A stretch of DNA of 58,949 nt from an uncultured Candidatus Saccharibacteria bacterium (GTDB taxonomy: Bacteria > Patescibacteriota > Minisyncoccia > Phycocordibacterales > XYD1-FULL-46-19): assembly GCA_964655995.1 (NCBI GenBank), contig CAZZPK010000004.1:1-58949 (forward strand). The letters are read 5' to 3'. Position numbers and translations under genes: made by a program. The notes beneath the pieces were generated by a model. It searched no databases. It saw nothing but the letters and a program-made list of their open reading frames with translations, and had not been told where the DNA came from. Each line of letters starts with the position of its first letter. The stretch's first letter is position 1. Of this stretch, positions 27,051 through 35,943 are shown piece after piece.

Positions 27051-28001
27051 ATGTCTGATCTAAATATCATTTTGCCATCAAAGCCGATCGCCGTGTCCGA
27101 GTCTGAGACCGAGGGTGTTTATGAGATCGAGGGTTTATACCCGGGTTACGGCCACACTTTAGGCAACTCGCTCCGCCGCATTATTTTGTCGTCGCTGCCC
27201 GGCTATGCCGTAACCGCGGTTAAGATTGCCGGCGTCAGCCATGAGTTCTCCACTATCCCGGGGGTCAAGGAGGATGTGGTGGCAATCATTCTCAACTTAA
27301 AACGCGTCCGCTTTAAGGTGGTGGGCGATGAGCCGCTTACGGTTAATCTTAAAATCAAGGGCCCTAAAACGGTAACGGCCGGCGACATTGAGACCCCGGG
27401 CCAAGTGGAGGTAGTCAACAAAGATCAGGTCATTGCCACTATTACCGACAAAAACACCAGCTTGGAAATGGAAATCACTTTGGAAAAAGGCTTGGGCTAT
27501 GTCCCCAAGGAGGTGCTCCAAAAAGACAAAGTGGAGATCGGCACTATCGCTTTAGACGCTATTTTTACTCCAATCCGCCGAGTGAGCTACGAGGTGGAGC
27601 CGATGCGCGTGGGCAATCGGACTAACTTTAACAAATTACGCCTGACTATTGAGACCGATGGCGTAGTCTCACCCCGCGAGGCCTTAACTCGCTCCATCGA
27701 GATTATGATCAGCCAACTCCAGGCCATTGTCGGCTTTAAGGAGTCAGAGACCACTCTTGATGATGCCGCTCTCGCCGGGGCCGAAGGAGGCGCCGACAGC
27801 GATTTAGCCAAAGTCCGGATCGAGGATTTGGACCTCTCTGTCCGCACCATGAAGGCGTTGACCGGCGCCTCGATCCGCACCATTGGCGGCTTGATGCGCA
27901 AGAAGGAAGATGATTTACTCGAGGTTGATGGTCTGGGTCAAAAGGGCTTGGAGGAGATCAAGGAGGCTTTAGCGCTCCGCGGTATTGTGCTCAAAAAATA
28001 A
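27051..28001 (+). CDS. rpoA: DNA-directed RNA polymerase subunit alpha
   Basis: PGYGHTLGNSLRRILLSSLPG, and a C-terminal domain (IEDLDLSVRTMKAL...). Confidence 0.95.
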   Translation: MSDLNIILPSKPIAVSESETEGVYEIEGLYPGYGHTLGNSLRRIILSSLPGYAVTAVKIAGVSHEFSTIPGVKEDVVAIILNLKRVRFKVVGDEPLTVNLKIKGPKTVTAGDIETPGQVEVVNKDQVIATITDKNTSLEMEITLEKGLGYVPKEVLQKDKVEIGTIALDAIFTPIRRVSYEVEPMRVGNRTNFNKLRLTIETDGVVSPREALTRSIEIMISQLQAIVGFKESETTLDDAALAGAEGGADSDLAKVRIEDLDLSVRTMKALTGASIRTIGGLMRKKEDDLLEVDGLGQKGLEEIKEALALRGIVLKK

Positions 28002-28007
28002 TCATTT

Positions 28008-28361
28008 ATGCGTCACCACCGCAAAATCAAAAAATTAGGCCGCGAGCGCAAAGCGCGTACCGCTTTGATGCGCTCTTTGCTGGTGGCGCTTATTTTGGAG
28101 GAAAAAATAAAAACCACCGAGGCTAAGGCCAAAGCCACTCGGCCGCTGGTTGAAAAGATGGTTACTCTCGCCAAGCGCGGCAATTTAAGCGCTCATAAGC
28201 TCCTGACCTCGCGCTTGGGCGGCAATGAGCGGGCGGCTAAAAAATTAATCGACGTTATTGCCAAACGGCAAGCCGATCGGCCGGGCGGCTATACCCGCAT
28301 TATTAAATTGCCGGCGCGCCAAGGCGATGCGAGCCCGATGGCTTATATTGAATTTGTTTAA
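28008..28361 (+). CDS. rplQ: 50S ribosomal protein L17
   Basis: MRHHRKIKKLGRERKARTALMRSL...GGYTRIIKL..R.GD. Confidence 0.95.
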   Translation: MRHHRKIKKLGRERKARTALMRSLLVALILEEKIKTTEAKAKATRPLVEKMVTLAKRGNLSAHKLLTSRLGGNERAAKKLIDVIAKRQADRPGGYTRIIKLPARQGDASPMAYIEFV

Positions 28362-28365
28362 ATTT

Positions 28366-28716
28366 ATGGCTACCAATCACACCATTGACGCAACAGGTAA
28401 AAGTTTAGGTCGCTTGGCTACCGAGGCGGCGCTCCTTTTGCGCGGCAAGCGCTCACCACAATTTGCCCGCCATATGGCCTCCGGCAACACGGTAACGATC
28501 ACCAATGTCTCTAAGCTCAAGCTCTCCGGCACCAAAATGGCAACCAAGCGTTACAAGCGCTACAGCGGTTACCCTGGGGGCTTAAAAGTGGAGTCGCCAG
28601 TTAAGGTGGTGGCTAAAAAGGGCTATGCCGAGCTCGTCCGCCGGGCGGTGCGCGGGATGCTGCCGGCTAACCGCTTGCGCCGCGACTGGCTTAAGCATTT
28701 GATTATCACCGACTAA
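28366..28716 (+). CDS. rplM: 50S ribosomal protein L13
   Basis: IDATGKSLGRLATEAALLLRGK...YKRYSGYPGGLK...MLPANRLR. The ATG at 28366 lies inside track ORF 28258-28716. Confidence 0.93.
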   Translation: MATNHTIDATGKSLGRLATEAALLLRGKRSPQFARHMASGNTVTITNVSKLKLSGTKMATKRYKRYSGYPGGLKVESPVKVVAKKGYAELVRRAVRGMLPANRLRRDWLKHLIITD

Positions 28717-28721
28717 ATTTT

Positions 28722-29129
28722 ATGACTAAAGCGACTGATAAAAAATACGTAGAGGGTGTGGGGCGACGTAAAACCGCGATAGCGCGAGTGCGCATTACGC
28801 CCGGCACCAAAGGCGAATTGGTTATTAACAACAAGCCGCTTAAAACCTATTTCCCAACTTTGGCTTTGCAAGAAAAAGCTTTGGCCGCCGCCAATTTGAC
28901 CAAAATGGATGGCGCCGTCGTTATCTCGGTTAAAGTCACCGGCGGCGGGATTAGCGCCCAAGCCGAGGCGGTGCGCATGGGCTTGGCTCGCGCGCTGGCA
29001 CTTTGGAAGCCGGAACTCCGCGCTCCGCTTAAAACGGCTAAATACCTCTCGCGTGATTCTCGGATGAAAGAGCGCCGCAAATTCGGTCTCAAAAAAGCCC
29101 GCAAGGCCCCTCAGTGGAGCAAGCGTTAA
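28722..29129 (+). CDS. rpsI: 30S ribosomal protein S9
   Basis: GVGRRKTAIARVRI..., GGGISAQAEAVRMGLARAL, RDSRMKERRKFGLKKARKAPQWSKR. Confidence 0.95.
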   Translation: MTKATDKKYVEGVGRRKTAIARVRITPGTKGELVINNKPLKTYFPTLALQEKALAAANLTKMDGAVVISVKVTGGGISAQAEAVRMGLARALALWKPELRAPLKTAKYLSRDSRMKERRKFGLKKARKAPQWSKR

Positions 29130-29196
29130 TGCCAAGGCGAGGCCTTGACATTGGGGAGTAGATTGACAGCCTTGGTATAATGAGTATGCTAGGGGT

Positions 29197-29736
29197 ATGG
29201 AATTATTGCCCAGCGGCCAAACTCGCCCCAGCCTTAAGTGGTACTTATCGGTTGCAGTTGCGGTCTCTCTTATAGTCGGCTTTATTGTTGGCTGGCTCTC
29301 GGCCGGCGCCCGTCTCGGCGCCGGCGGGCCTGGCGGCTCTTTGGTCGATAAAATCAAAAATAATTTAAGCGCGACCACCACCACTACCACCGCCGGCGCA
29401 CTAGCAAACTTTACTGTCCTAGACCAGCCGCCGGGTAATCAAGTTTTGATTCGGGATGTCGCCATTACGGGTCAGGTGTGGCTGGCAGTGTACGAGGACA
29501 GAGAGGGCGAGCCGGGTAATGTGTTGGGCGCCGTCTTTGTCCGTCCGGGCACTTATCCTGCTCTGGCGATACCTCTGCTCCGCAACACCGTTGACGACTT
29601 GCCTTATTACGTTCAAGCTCACACCGACGACGGCGATGGCATGTTTGACTACCGCCAAGACCAGCTAATTAAAGATCTCTCGCTTGCGGCCGGCACTTTT
29701 ACCACTAAATCTACCGGCTCGCGCGGCGACAACTAA
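29197..29736 (+). CDS. Hypothetical membrane-anchored protein (179 aa)
   Basis: An N-terminal TM, a Thr-run linker and a beta-rich extracytoplasmic domain. An extended -10 (TGGTATAAT) lies at about 29173-29181. Confidence 0.55.
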   Translation: MELLPSGQTRPSLKWYLSVAVAVSLIVGFIVGWLSAGARLGAGGPGGSLVDKIKNNLSATTTTTTAGALANFTVLDQPPGNQVLIRDVAITGQVWLAVYEDREGEPGNVLGAVFVRPGTYPALAIPLLRNTVDDLPYYVQAHTDDGDGMFDYRQDQLIKDLSLAAGTFTTKSTGSRGDN

Positions 29737-29756
29737 CTTATTTAATAAGAACCGCT

Positions 29757-30293
29757 ATGGACCAAGATGATTTAAACCCATCAGATGATATTGTGGTGGA
29801 TGAGGAACTCGAGGCCCCGGCCGGAGCGATTAAAAAACTGCGTGCCAAGCTTAAGGTTTGTGAGAATGAACGGGCGGAGTACTTGGCTGGCTGGCAACGC
29901 GCCAAGGCCGATCTTATAAACGAGAAGCGTCAATTTGACGACGAGCGCCGAGCGCTCCTGGACCGCTCGCTCGAGCTTGTTTTGGGACGGTTTTTTATCT
30001 TAGCCGATCATTTTGAGAGCGCGATGGCCGCCAAGGAGGCCTGGGCCGAAGCACCGCCTAATTGGCGCCAAGGCATTGAGGGCATTTACCGCGAACTCCT
30101 CAGTATTTTTAAAGAGTATGGAGTGGAGCCCGAGGCACCGGCGGTTGGAGAGCTCTTTGATCCCGCGCGAGACCACTCGGTTGGCACGGTCTCGGGAGGC
30201 CAGGAGGGTACAATTGCCCAAGTGATTCAAAAAGGTTATCGGCGCAACGGCAAAATATTGCGCCCCACCCAAGTTAAAGTCTTTAACAGCTAA
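29757..30293 (+). CDS. grpE: Nucleotide exchange factor GrpE
   Basis: An N-terminal coiled coil ([22 protein letters not shown]) and a C-terminal beta domain. It sits directly upstream of dnaK. Confidence 0.88.
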   Translation: MDQDDLNPSDDIVVDEELEAPAGAIKKLRAKLKVCENERAEYLAGWQRAKADLINEKRQFDDERRALLDRSLELVLGRFFILADHFESAMAAKEAWAEAPPNWRQGIEGIYRELLSIFKEYGVEPEAPAVGELFDPARDHSVGTVSGGQEGTIAQVIQKGYRRNGKILRPTQVKVFNS

Positions 30294-30310
30294 TCAAAAA
30301 ACAAAAATAT

Positions 30311-32197
30311 ATGGCAAAAATTTTAGGCATTGACTTAGGTACTACCAACTCGGCGATGGCTTATGTGGCCGGCGGCGAGCCCAAGATTATTGAAAACAGC
30401 GAGGGCGTCCGCACCACGCCCTCAATTGCCGCGATATCCAAAACCGGCGAGCGCTTGGTGGGCCTTTTGGCCAAGCGCCAAGCGATTACCAACCCACTTA
30501 ACACCATTTACGGCATCAAGCGCTTAATGGGCCACAAGTTTGACGACCCGAATGTGCAAAAAGATAAGGGGCTAGTACCGTTTGCCATTGAGTGCGCCGA
30601 TGATGGCGGAGTTAAGGTCAAGTTGGGCGACAAATTTTACCGTCCGGAGGAGATCTCGGCGATGATTTTGAGTAAATTAAAACATGATGCCGAGGCCAAA
30701 TTGGGCGAGAAGATCGAAGAGGCAGTGATTACCGTACCGGCCTACTTTGACGACTCGCAACGCCAGGCCACCAAGCATGCCGGGGAGATTGCCGGCTTTA
30801 AGGTGCGCCGGATCATCAACGAGCCAACGGCGGCGGCGCTTGCTTACGGTCTAAACAAAAAGAAAAACGAGCAAGTGGTCGTTTACGACTTTGGCGGTGG
30901 TACCTTTGACGTCTCGGTACTCGACATTGCCGGTGGTGAGGACGAGCAAAGTGTGGAGGTTAAGTCCACCGATGGCGACTCACACATGGGCGGCGAGGAT
31001 ATCGATCAAAAAATTATCGCCTGGATTGCCGCCGAGTTTAAAAAAGAGTCGGGAATCGACGTGAGCAAAGACGAGCTCGCTCTCCAGCGCCTTAAAGAGG
31101 CCGCCGAAAAAGCTAAGCACGAGCTCTCGACGGTTATGGAGACGGAAATCAATATCCCGTTTATCACCTCCGATGCCTCTGGGCCGCGCCACCTGCTTTT
31201 AAAAATGACGCGGGCCAAACTGGAGGAACTAGCCGCCGAGTATGTGGAGCGCTCAATTGAGATCACTAAGCGGGCACTCGACGCCTCGGGTTACAAAACC
31301 GGCGATATTGACGAGATTATTTTAGTCGGCGGCCAGACCCGGATGCCGGCGATCCAAGAAGCAGTTAAAAAGCTGTTTGGCAAAGCGCCCAATCTCTCGA
31401 TTAATCCCGATGAGGTGGTGGCGCTTGGCGCAGCGGTACAGGCAGGCATCTTCCAAGGTGATGTTAAAGATGTGCTCTTGCTTGACGTGACGCCGCTCTC
31501 GCTTGGTATTGAGACCTTAGGCGGCGTGGCCACCAAAGTGATTGAGAAAAATACCACCATCCCGACCTCGCGCTCACAAGTCTTTTCCACCGCGGCGGAC
31601 AATCAGACCTCGGTGGAGATACACATTGTCCAGGGCGAGCGCGAGCTGGCCAGCGACAACAAGAGCTTGGGCCGCTTTATTTTAGACGGCATCCCACCGG
31701 CGCCGCGCGGCATGCCGCAGGTGGAGGTGACTTTTGACCTCGATGCCAACGGCATTTTAAACGTTAAGGCTAAAGATAAAACGAGCGGTAAAGAGCAGTC
31801 GGTGCGCATTGAGGCCCAAACCTCGCTCTCCAAAGAGGATATCGAAAGGATGAAAAAGGATGCCGAGCTCCACGCCGAGGAGGATAAAAAGAAAAAGGAA
31901 ATGATTGAAGCTAAAAATACCGCTGATCAAATGATTTATACGGCCGAGAAGGCGTTGACTGATGCCGGCGATAAAGTGAGCGCCGAGATTAAAACTGAAG
32001 TTAATTCTAAAATAGAGGAGGTTAAAAAAGTAAAAGAGAGTGGCGATAAAGAGGCGATAATGAAGGCCGTTAGCGAGCTCTCACAAGCGATGTCTAAGAT
32101 CGGTGCCGCCATGTCTCAACAAACGCCACCAGCCGGCGAGGAGCCTAAACAAGATGGAGGCGAAGGTGACGTCAGAGACGCCGAGACTAAAGAATAA
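30311..32197 (+). CDS. dnaK: Molecular chaperone DnaK (Hsp70)
   Basis: [29 protein letters not shown]. Confidence 0.97.
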   Translation: MAKILGIDLGTTNSAMAYVAGGEPKIIENSEGVRTTPSIAAISKTGERLVGLLAKRQAITNPLNTIYGIKRLMGHKFDDPNVQKDKGLVPFAIECADDGGVKVKLGDKFYRPEEISAMILSKLKHDAEAKLGEKIEEAVITVPAYFDDSQRQATKHAGEIAGFKVRRIINEPTAAALAYGLNKKKNEQVVVYDFGGGTFDVSVLDIAGGEDEQSVEVKSTDGDSHMGGEDIDQKIIAWIAAEFKKESGIDVSKDELALQRLKEAAEKAKHELSTVMETEINIPFITSDASGPRHLLLKMTRAKLEELAAEYVERSIEITKRALDASGYKTGDIDEIILVGGQTRMPAIQEAVKKLFGKAPNLSINPDEVVALGAAVQAGIFQGDVKDVLLLDVTPLSLGIETLGGVATKVIEKNTTIPTSRSQVFSTAADNQTSVEIHIVQGERELASDNKSLGRFILDGIPPAPRGMPQVEVTFDLDANGILNVKAKDKTSGKEQSVRIEAQTSLSKEDIERMKKDAELHAEEDKKKKEMIEAKNTADQMIYTAEKALTDAGDKVSAEIKTEVNSKIEEVKKVKESGDKEAIMKAVSELSQAMSKIGAAMSQQTPPAGEEPKQDGGEGDVRDAETKE

Positions 32198-32228
32198 GAA
32201 AACACCGCCGCGATTTCTCGCGACGGTG
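32195..32228 (-). terminator. Hairpin between dnaK and the convergent 32243-32689 gene
   Basis: CACCG-C-CGCGA / TCGCG-A-CGGTG (32203-32228). The minus strand then reads TTTTCTTATT. Confidence 0.5.
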
Positions 32229-32242
32229 GGTAAAGTCTAGTT

Positions 32243-32689
32243 TTAACTAAAATCTACGTCTAGTGGGAGGTGCTTCAACATAGATTCGGCCACTCGTCGA
32301 TTTTTTCTACAAATTTCGATCAAGATGGCCATTGTCCTAGTCGCGTCTTTCTTAAATCTCTCTTCTAAGACGCGGACCAACTCTCGACAGTCCTTATCTT
32401 GAATTGGATATTGAATGGCCAATAAAGCCGAAGCGATCAGCTTAGGATTTGCCTCCCAAAAATAAGGAGGCAAGATGAACCCACCAAGTCCATAGACATA
32501 ATAAATGTCACCGTCCAGCAGAGTCTTTTGGGCATCCTGTAATTGTTGTTGTGAAGCCAAACGGAGTAGAGACTCAAGGTGAAGAATAGATTCACTTCTC
32601 TTTTTTCTACCCCTCTCCCTCTCGGATTTAAGATGTGGTGGTAGTATAAACACAAAAAACACAATCCCCAACAGAATAAATATTTCCAC
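32243..32689 (-). CDS. Hypothetical protein with N-terminal TM (148 aa), AT-rich
   Basis: GTG start with AAGGAAGAG upstream. Function unknown. Confidence 0.5.
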   Translation of the reverse strand: MEIFILLGIVFFVFILPPHLKSERERGRKKRSESILHLESLLRLASQQQLQDAQKTLLDGDIYYVYGLGGFILPPYFWEANPKLIASALLAIQYPIQDKDCRELVRVLEERFKKDATRTMAILIEICRKNRRVAESMLKHLPLDVDFS

Positions 32690-32707
32690 CTCTTCCTTAC
32701 CTTTCTA

Positions 32708-32783
32708 CTACCGCGGGGGTAGCTCATGGTTGATCTCTGCCGGGGGCAGACTCCGCCAATTGGCGGATTGGGGGTGGCCCCAA
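32708..32783 (-). promoter_or_regulatory. GC-rich leader with four consecutive short hairpins
   Basis: CTACC-GCGGG-GGTAG (32708-22), CTGCC-GGG-GGCAG (32737-49), TCCGCC-AATT-GGCGGA (32752-67), TTGGGG-GTGG-CCCCAA (32768-83). They lie between promoter 32830-32858 and the start at 32689. Confidence 0.45.
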
Positions 32784-32829
32784 ACCAACTGATTTTTAAG
32801 GTCCTACTCATTCAGACCCTCTATCTGCC

Positions 32830-32858
32830 ATACTATCATATCTATTAATATTAGTCAA
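32830..32858 (-). promoter_or_regulatory. Promoter TTGACT-17-TAGTAT (minus strand)
   Basis: The -35 is the complement of 32853-32858 and the -10 is the complement of 32830-32835. The palindrome at 32861 begins 3 nt upstream of the -35. Confidence 0.5.
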
Positions 32859-32860
32859 TA

Positions 32861-32894
32861 GTCTCTATTTTCTACGATCGTAGAAAATAGAGAC
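32861..32894. repeat. ACGATCGT-apex palindromic element, copy 3 (perfect 34-bp palindrome)
   Basis: GTCTCTATTTTCTACGA|TCGTAGAAAATAGAGAC, with 17 of 17 positions complementary. It lies in a divergent promoter region. Confidence 0.8.
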
Positions 32895-32965
32895 TTTGAG
32901 AAGAGTGGCAAATATAACCTTATTTTTCAACAACGAGACTAAGCCCCGTTGTATAAGAGACAGAA

Positions 32966-32993
32966 TTGACTTTTGTCTCAAAAAGACTAGTAT
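32966..32993 (+). promoter_or_regulatory. Promoter TTGACT-16-TAGTAT
   Basis: The -10 ends 5 nt before TTG 32999 and 11 nt before ATG 33005. Confidence 0.5.
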
Positions 32994-33004
32994 AAATCTT
33001 GTTT

Positions 33005-33577
33005 ATGATTGAAAACAGAAAAATTGAAACGGAGGTAAAGTTAGAGCTTACTCAAAGTGAGTTTGACCAGGTTTTGAGTGTTCTTCAAACCAAAGGTTTT
33101 ACATTAACAAAAGAGTCTAGACTTAATGATAACTTTTTTAACATCAAACAGTTTGATGAGAAGGGTTGGAATTTTACTCGCATCCGAGTCTATAACGAGA
33201 GCGAGTATGAGAAAACAGACAAGATTTGGAAATTAGATGCTCAAGGTAATCGGGTCCGAGAGGAAAAGGAATTCCCATCCTCAGTTGAGGAGTTAACTAG
33301 TTTAAAGAGTATCGAACCAACTCACTTTTCACTTAACAAAGAGCGGGTAGATTATAGTGGCACTGCTTTAGATTATCCAGCTGTAATTTCATTAGACACT
33401 GTTGTTTTCCCTGACGAAACTCGTTATTTTATGGAGTGTGAGATTGAGGTAGATGAGGCAGAAAGTCATGAGATTAGACCAAAATTAAAACAATGGATGT
33501 TAGACACTTTTAATTTAAGCGATCGCCCAGAAGGTATCGGAATGTTGCGCTTAGTGATGTCAAAAATCGAAAAATAA
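33005..33577 (+). CDS. CYTH-like domain protein (triphosphate tunnel family), putative
   Basis: N-terminal ExExK signature (IETEVKLEL) and a C-terminal acidic strand (FMECEIEVDE). AT-rich gene. Confidence 0.5.
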   Translation: MIENRKIETEVKLELTQSEFDQVLSVLQTKGFTLTKESRLNDNFFNIKQFDEKGWNFTRIRVYNESEYEKTDKIWKLDAQGNRVREEKEFPSSVEELTSLKSIEPTHFSLNKERVDYSGTALDYPAVISLDTVVFPDETRYFMECEIEVDEAESHEIRPKLKQWMLDTFNLSDRPEGIGMLRLVMSKIEK

Positions 33578-33584
33578 AAACTAA

Positions 33585-34658
33585 ATGCCTAAAGATTATT
33601 ATCAAATTTTGGGAGTAGAGAAGGGGGCCTCCAAGGACGAGATCAAAAAAGCCTTTCGTAAATTGGCTCACCAGTATCACCCCGACAAACCGGGCGGCAA
33701 TGATGCCAAGTTTAAGGAGGTTAATGAGGCCTATCAAATTTTGTCTGACGACGCCAAACGCGCGCAGTATGACCGATTTGGTAACATGGACGGCTTTTCC
33801 GCCCAAGGTGGACCAGCCTCGGGTTGGGGCGGGTTTGATTTTTCCGGCTTCCAACAAGGTGCTGATGGCGGCTTCCAATTTGATTTGGGCGACTTGTTTG
33901 GCGATATTTTTTCTGGCGGCGGTGGACGGGGCAGACAGAAGCGTGGTCGGGATATCTCGGTAGATATTGAGCTTAGCTTCCGCGACTCGATTTTTGGCAC
34001 CGAGCGTACCCTGCTTATAAACAAGATCGCTCAATGCGAGACTTGCCAAGGTGACGGCGCCGAGCCCGGTACCAAGTTTAAAAAGTGCACCACCTGCAAT
34101 GGCCAAGGTCGGATCCGCGAGACGCGCAATGCTTTTATTGGGACCTTTAGCACGGTAGTGGAGTGTAACGTCTGTCACGGCAAGGGCGAGGTGCCGGAGC
34201 GCTCTTGTGCTACCTGCCACGGCCGCGGTGTGCTTAAGCGGAGCGAGGAGGTGCGGGTGATGGTGCCACCGGGCATTAATCCGGGCGAGATGATTCGCCT
34301 TGCCGGGCGCGGCGAGGCCGCGGCCGGCGGCGTGCCGGGCGATTTATATATCAAGGTCCACGTTGAGCCGCATAAAAGTCTGCGCCGGCAAGGCAGCGAT
34401 CTCCTGATGGATTTGCCGATCAAGCTAAGCGACGCTCTCCTCGGCGCGGAGCATAAAATTGAGACGCTGGACGGACCGCTAACCTTGGTGGTGCCGGAGG
34501 GCGTTAAATATGGCGAGCTCCTCCGGGTGCGCGGCAAAGGTGTACCTAAGGGTAGTAAGCGCGGCGACTTGCTGGTGCGCGTTACTTTTACCACTCCCGC
34601 CAAACTCTCCAAATCGGCGCGCAAACTGATCGAGGAGTTGAAACGAGAGGGCCTCTAA
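33585..34658 (+). CDS. dnaJ: Molecular chaperone DnaJ
   Basis: J-domain (DYYQILGV...HQYHPDKP), a G/F-rich linker and four CxxCxGxG zinc motifs. Confidence 0.95.
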   Translation: MPKDYYQILGVEKGASKDEIKKAFRKLAHQYHPDKPGGNDAKFKEVNEAYQILSDDAKRAQYDRFGNMDGFSAQGGPASGWGGFDFSGFQQGADGGFQFDLGDLFGDIFSGGGGRGRQKRGRDISVDIELSFRDSIFGTERTLLINKIAQCETCQGDGAEPGTKFKKCTTCNGQGRIRETRNAFIGTFSTVVECNVCHGKGEVPERSCATCHGRGVLKRSEEVRVMVPPGINPGEMIRLAGRGEAAAGGVPGDLYIKVHVEPHKSLRRQGSDLLMDLPIKLSDALLGAEHKIETLDGPLTLVVPEGVKYGELLRVRGKGVPKGSKRGDLLVRVTFTTPAKLSKSARKLIEELKREGL

Positions 34659-34673
34659 ACCGTCTTGATTATC

Positions 34674-34778
34674 ATGGAAACCCTCCACACCGTCATCTTT
34701 TGGCTCACCTTCCCATACTGGGTCATCCAGGAGGAAAAAGAGCGCAAGAAAAAGGAGTCAGAAAAAGAGGGGAAATAA
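34674..34778 (+). CDS. Possible 34-aa small protein
   Basis: Own translation: METLHTVIFWLTFPYWVIQEEKERKKKESEKEGK. No clear RBS. Confidence 0.2.
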   Translation: METLHTVIFWLTFPYWVIQEEKERKKKESEKEGK

Positions 34779-34814
34779 AAAAGAGAGGTAAGGCTGGCAC
34801 CTTGTAACCTCTCT
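34773..34814 (-). terminator. Terminator of the MBL-fold gene
   Basis: AGAGAGGT-AAGG...CCTT-gta-ACCTCTCT (34782-34814). The minus strand then reads TTTTTTATTT. Confidence 0.65.
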
Positions 34815-34847
34815 TGTCTCGCTATGCGCGTAGGATACTACTCAACT

Positions 34848-35804
34848 TTACAACTCAATAACCTGGTAGTCGGCACAGGCAAATATCTCAACCTGGCCAG
34901 CATTACCGTCGAGTAAGTTCTGAGCATCTTGAACCAGATTCTCGACATCACTGTCGCTTGATCCGGGATCATGATGAGTAAAACCAACTCGTTTGATACC
35001 GCAACTGTTAGCGACCTCGACAGCATAACTTGGCGTGCCGTGACCAAAACCGGCGGTACGGGTTTTGTACATCAAGTCGCTGTACTGGACGTCTTGGATT
35101 AAGAGATCCACTCCCGACAAAAAGGTTTTTAGCTCTTGCGGCAGGGCCGCTCGACACTCCTCGTCGGTTAAAAAGACAAAGGTCTTACCGGTGGGATATT
35201 CCTCAAAGCGGTAAGTGATGGTGCGCTCCGGATGATCAGTGTAGCGCATCCGGATTACCAAACACTCGTCGAGAGGGTATCTGTCCCGCTTGTCAAAGGG
35301 GATTTGCTCGCCCTTAGACACTAAGCGCCGAAACTGCTCCATATTCATCAACTTGATCCCACCCTTGGAGTGAGAGACGAACACCTTTGTTGAAGGGTGC
35401 TCGATATTGTGGCAGTTGATGTGGTCGGCAATTTCCGCAAAATCCACCGGGTGCAAAGGCTTACGCATTATAGCGTCGTAAACCTCGCGCGGACCCATCC
35501 CTCGCTCCACCGGACCGTAAAGTCGGATCGGTAAGCTACGGATGTAAAACGGCGGCGCAATCAACGCTCCTTGAGTATGGTCATGATGCCAGTGGGTATG
35601 CAGAAGGACTAACTCCTTCATACCTTGGGACATAGCCTCGCTAGCTAGTGGCCTAAAACCAGATCCAGCGTCGACGGCTAAAACCAGACCTTCCGGCAGG
35701 CATACTGACTCAATTCTCAAAGAGGTAGTGTTGCCGCCATATTTGACGGCATTGGGGCTTGCGATCGGCAAGCTACCGCGCGTACCAAACAGCTTAATAA
35801 ACAT
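34848..35804 (-). CDS. MBL-fold metallo-hydrolase
   Basis: HxHxDH motif (LLHTHWHHDH), later TDEE and FTHHDP. Confidence 0.8.
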   Translation of the reverse strand: MFIKLFGTRGSLPIASPNAVKYGGNTTSLRIESVCLPEGLVLAVDAGSGFRPLASEAMSQGMKELVLLHTHWHHDHTQGALIAPPFYIRSLPIRLYGPVERGMGPREVYDAIMRKPLHPVDFAEIADHINCHNIEHPSTKVFVSHSKGGIKLMNMEQFRRLVSKGEQIPFDKRDRYPLDECLVIRMRYTDHPERTITYRFEEYPTGKTFVFLTDEECRAALPQELKTFLSGVDLLIQDVQYSDLMYKTRTAGFGHGTPSYAVEVANSCGIKRVGFTHHDPGSSDSDVENLVQDAQNLLDGNAGQVEIFACADYQVIEL

Positions 35805-35923
35805 ATTTTGCCTCCTTTTTCGACTTATAAGCGAGAGGGAGGTCTAACAAAGGCCAGCCTTACGTCTCTAATTTAAGCTTATACCTAAAGGCGAGAGTGT
35901 CAACAACGGTAACCTTCCATTTT

Positions 35924-35932
35924 TGTTATAAT
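35924..35932 (+). promoter_or_regulatory. Extended -10 element TGTTATAAT
   Basis: It ends 11 nt before ATG 35944. No good -35 is present. Confidence 0.4.
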
Positions 35933-35943
35933 TGAGTGACCTT

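Noticed and set aside
29130-29196. Two TTGACA boxes upstream of 29197
   Set aside because: Neither box lies at a workable distance (7 and 25 nt) from the TATAAT. Only the extended -10 (TGGTATAAT) is credible, so no -35 call was made.
28713-29390. 225-aa minus-strand ORF
   Set aside because: It is antisense to rpsI and to the 29197 gene. It is rich in Arg/Ala/Pro, as is typical of shadow frames in GC-rich coding DNA, and it has no RBS or promoter.
32437-32811. 124-aa minus-strand ORF across the GC-rich hairpin block
   Set aside because: It overlaps the better-supported 32243-32689 gene in another frame. Its N-terminal part is simply the translation of four GC-rich hairpins, so it is more likely a 5' UTR.
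33510-34220. 236-aa minus-strand ORF
   Set aside because: It is antisense to the unmistakable dnaJ gene (J-domain, G/F region, zinc fingers).
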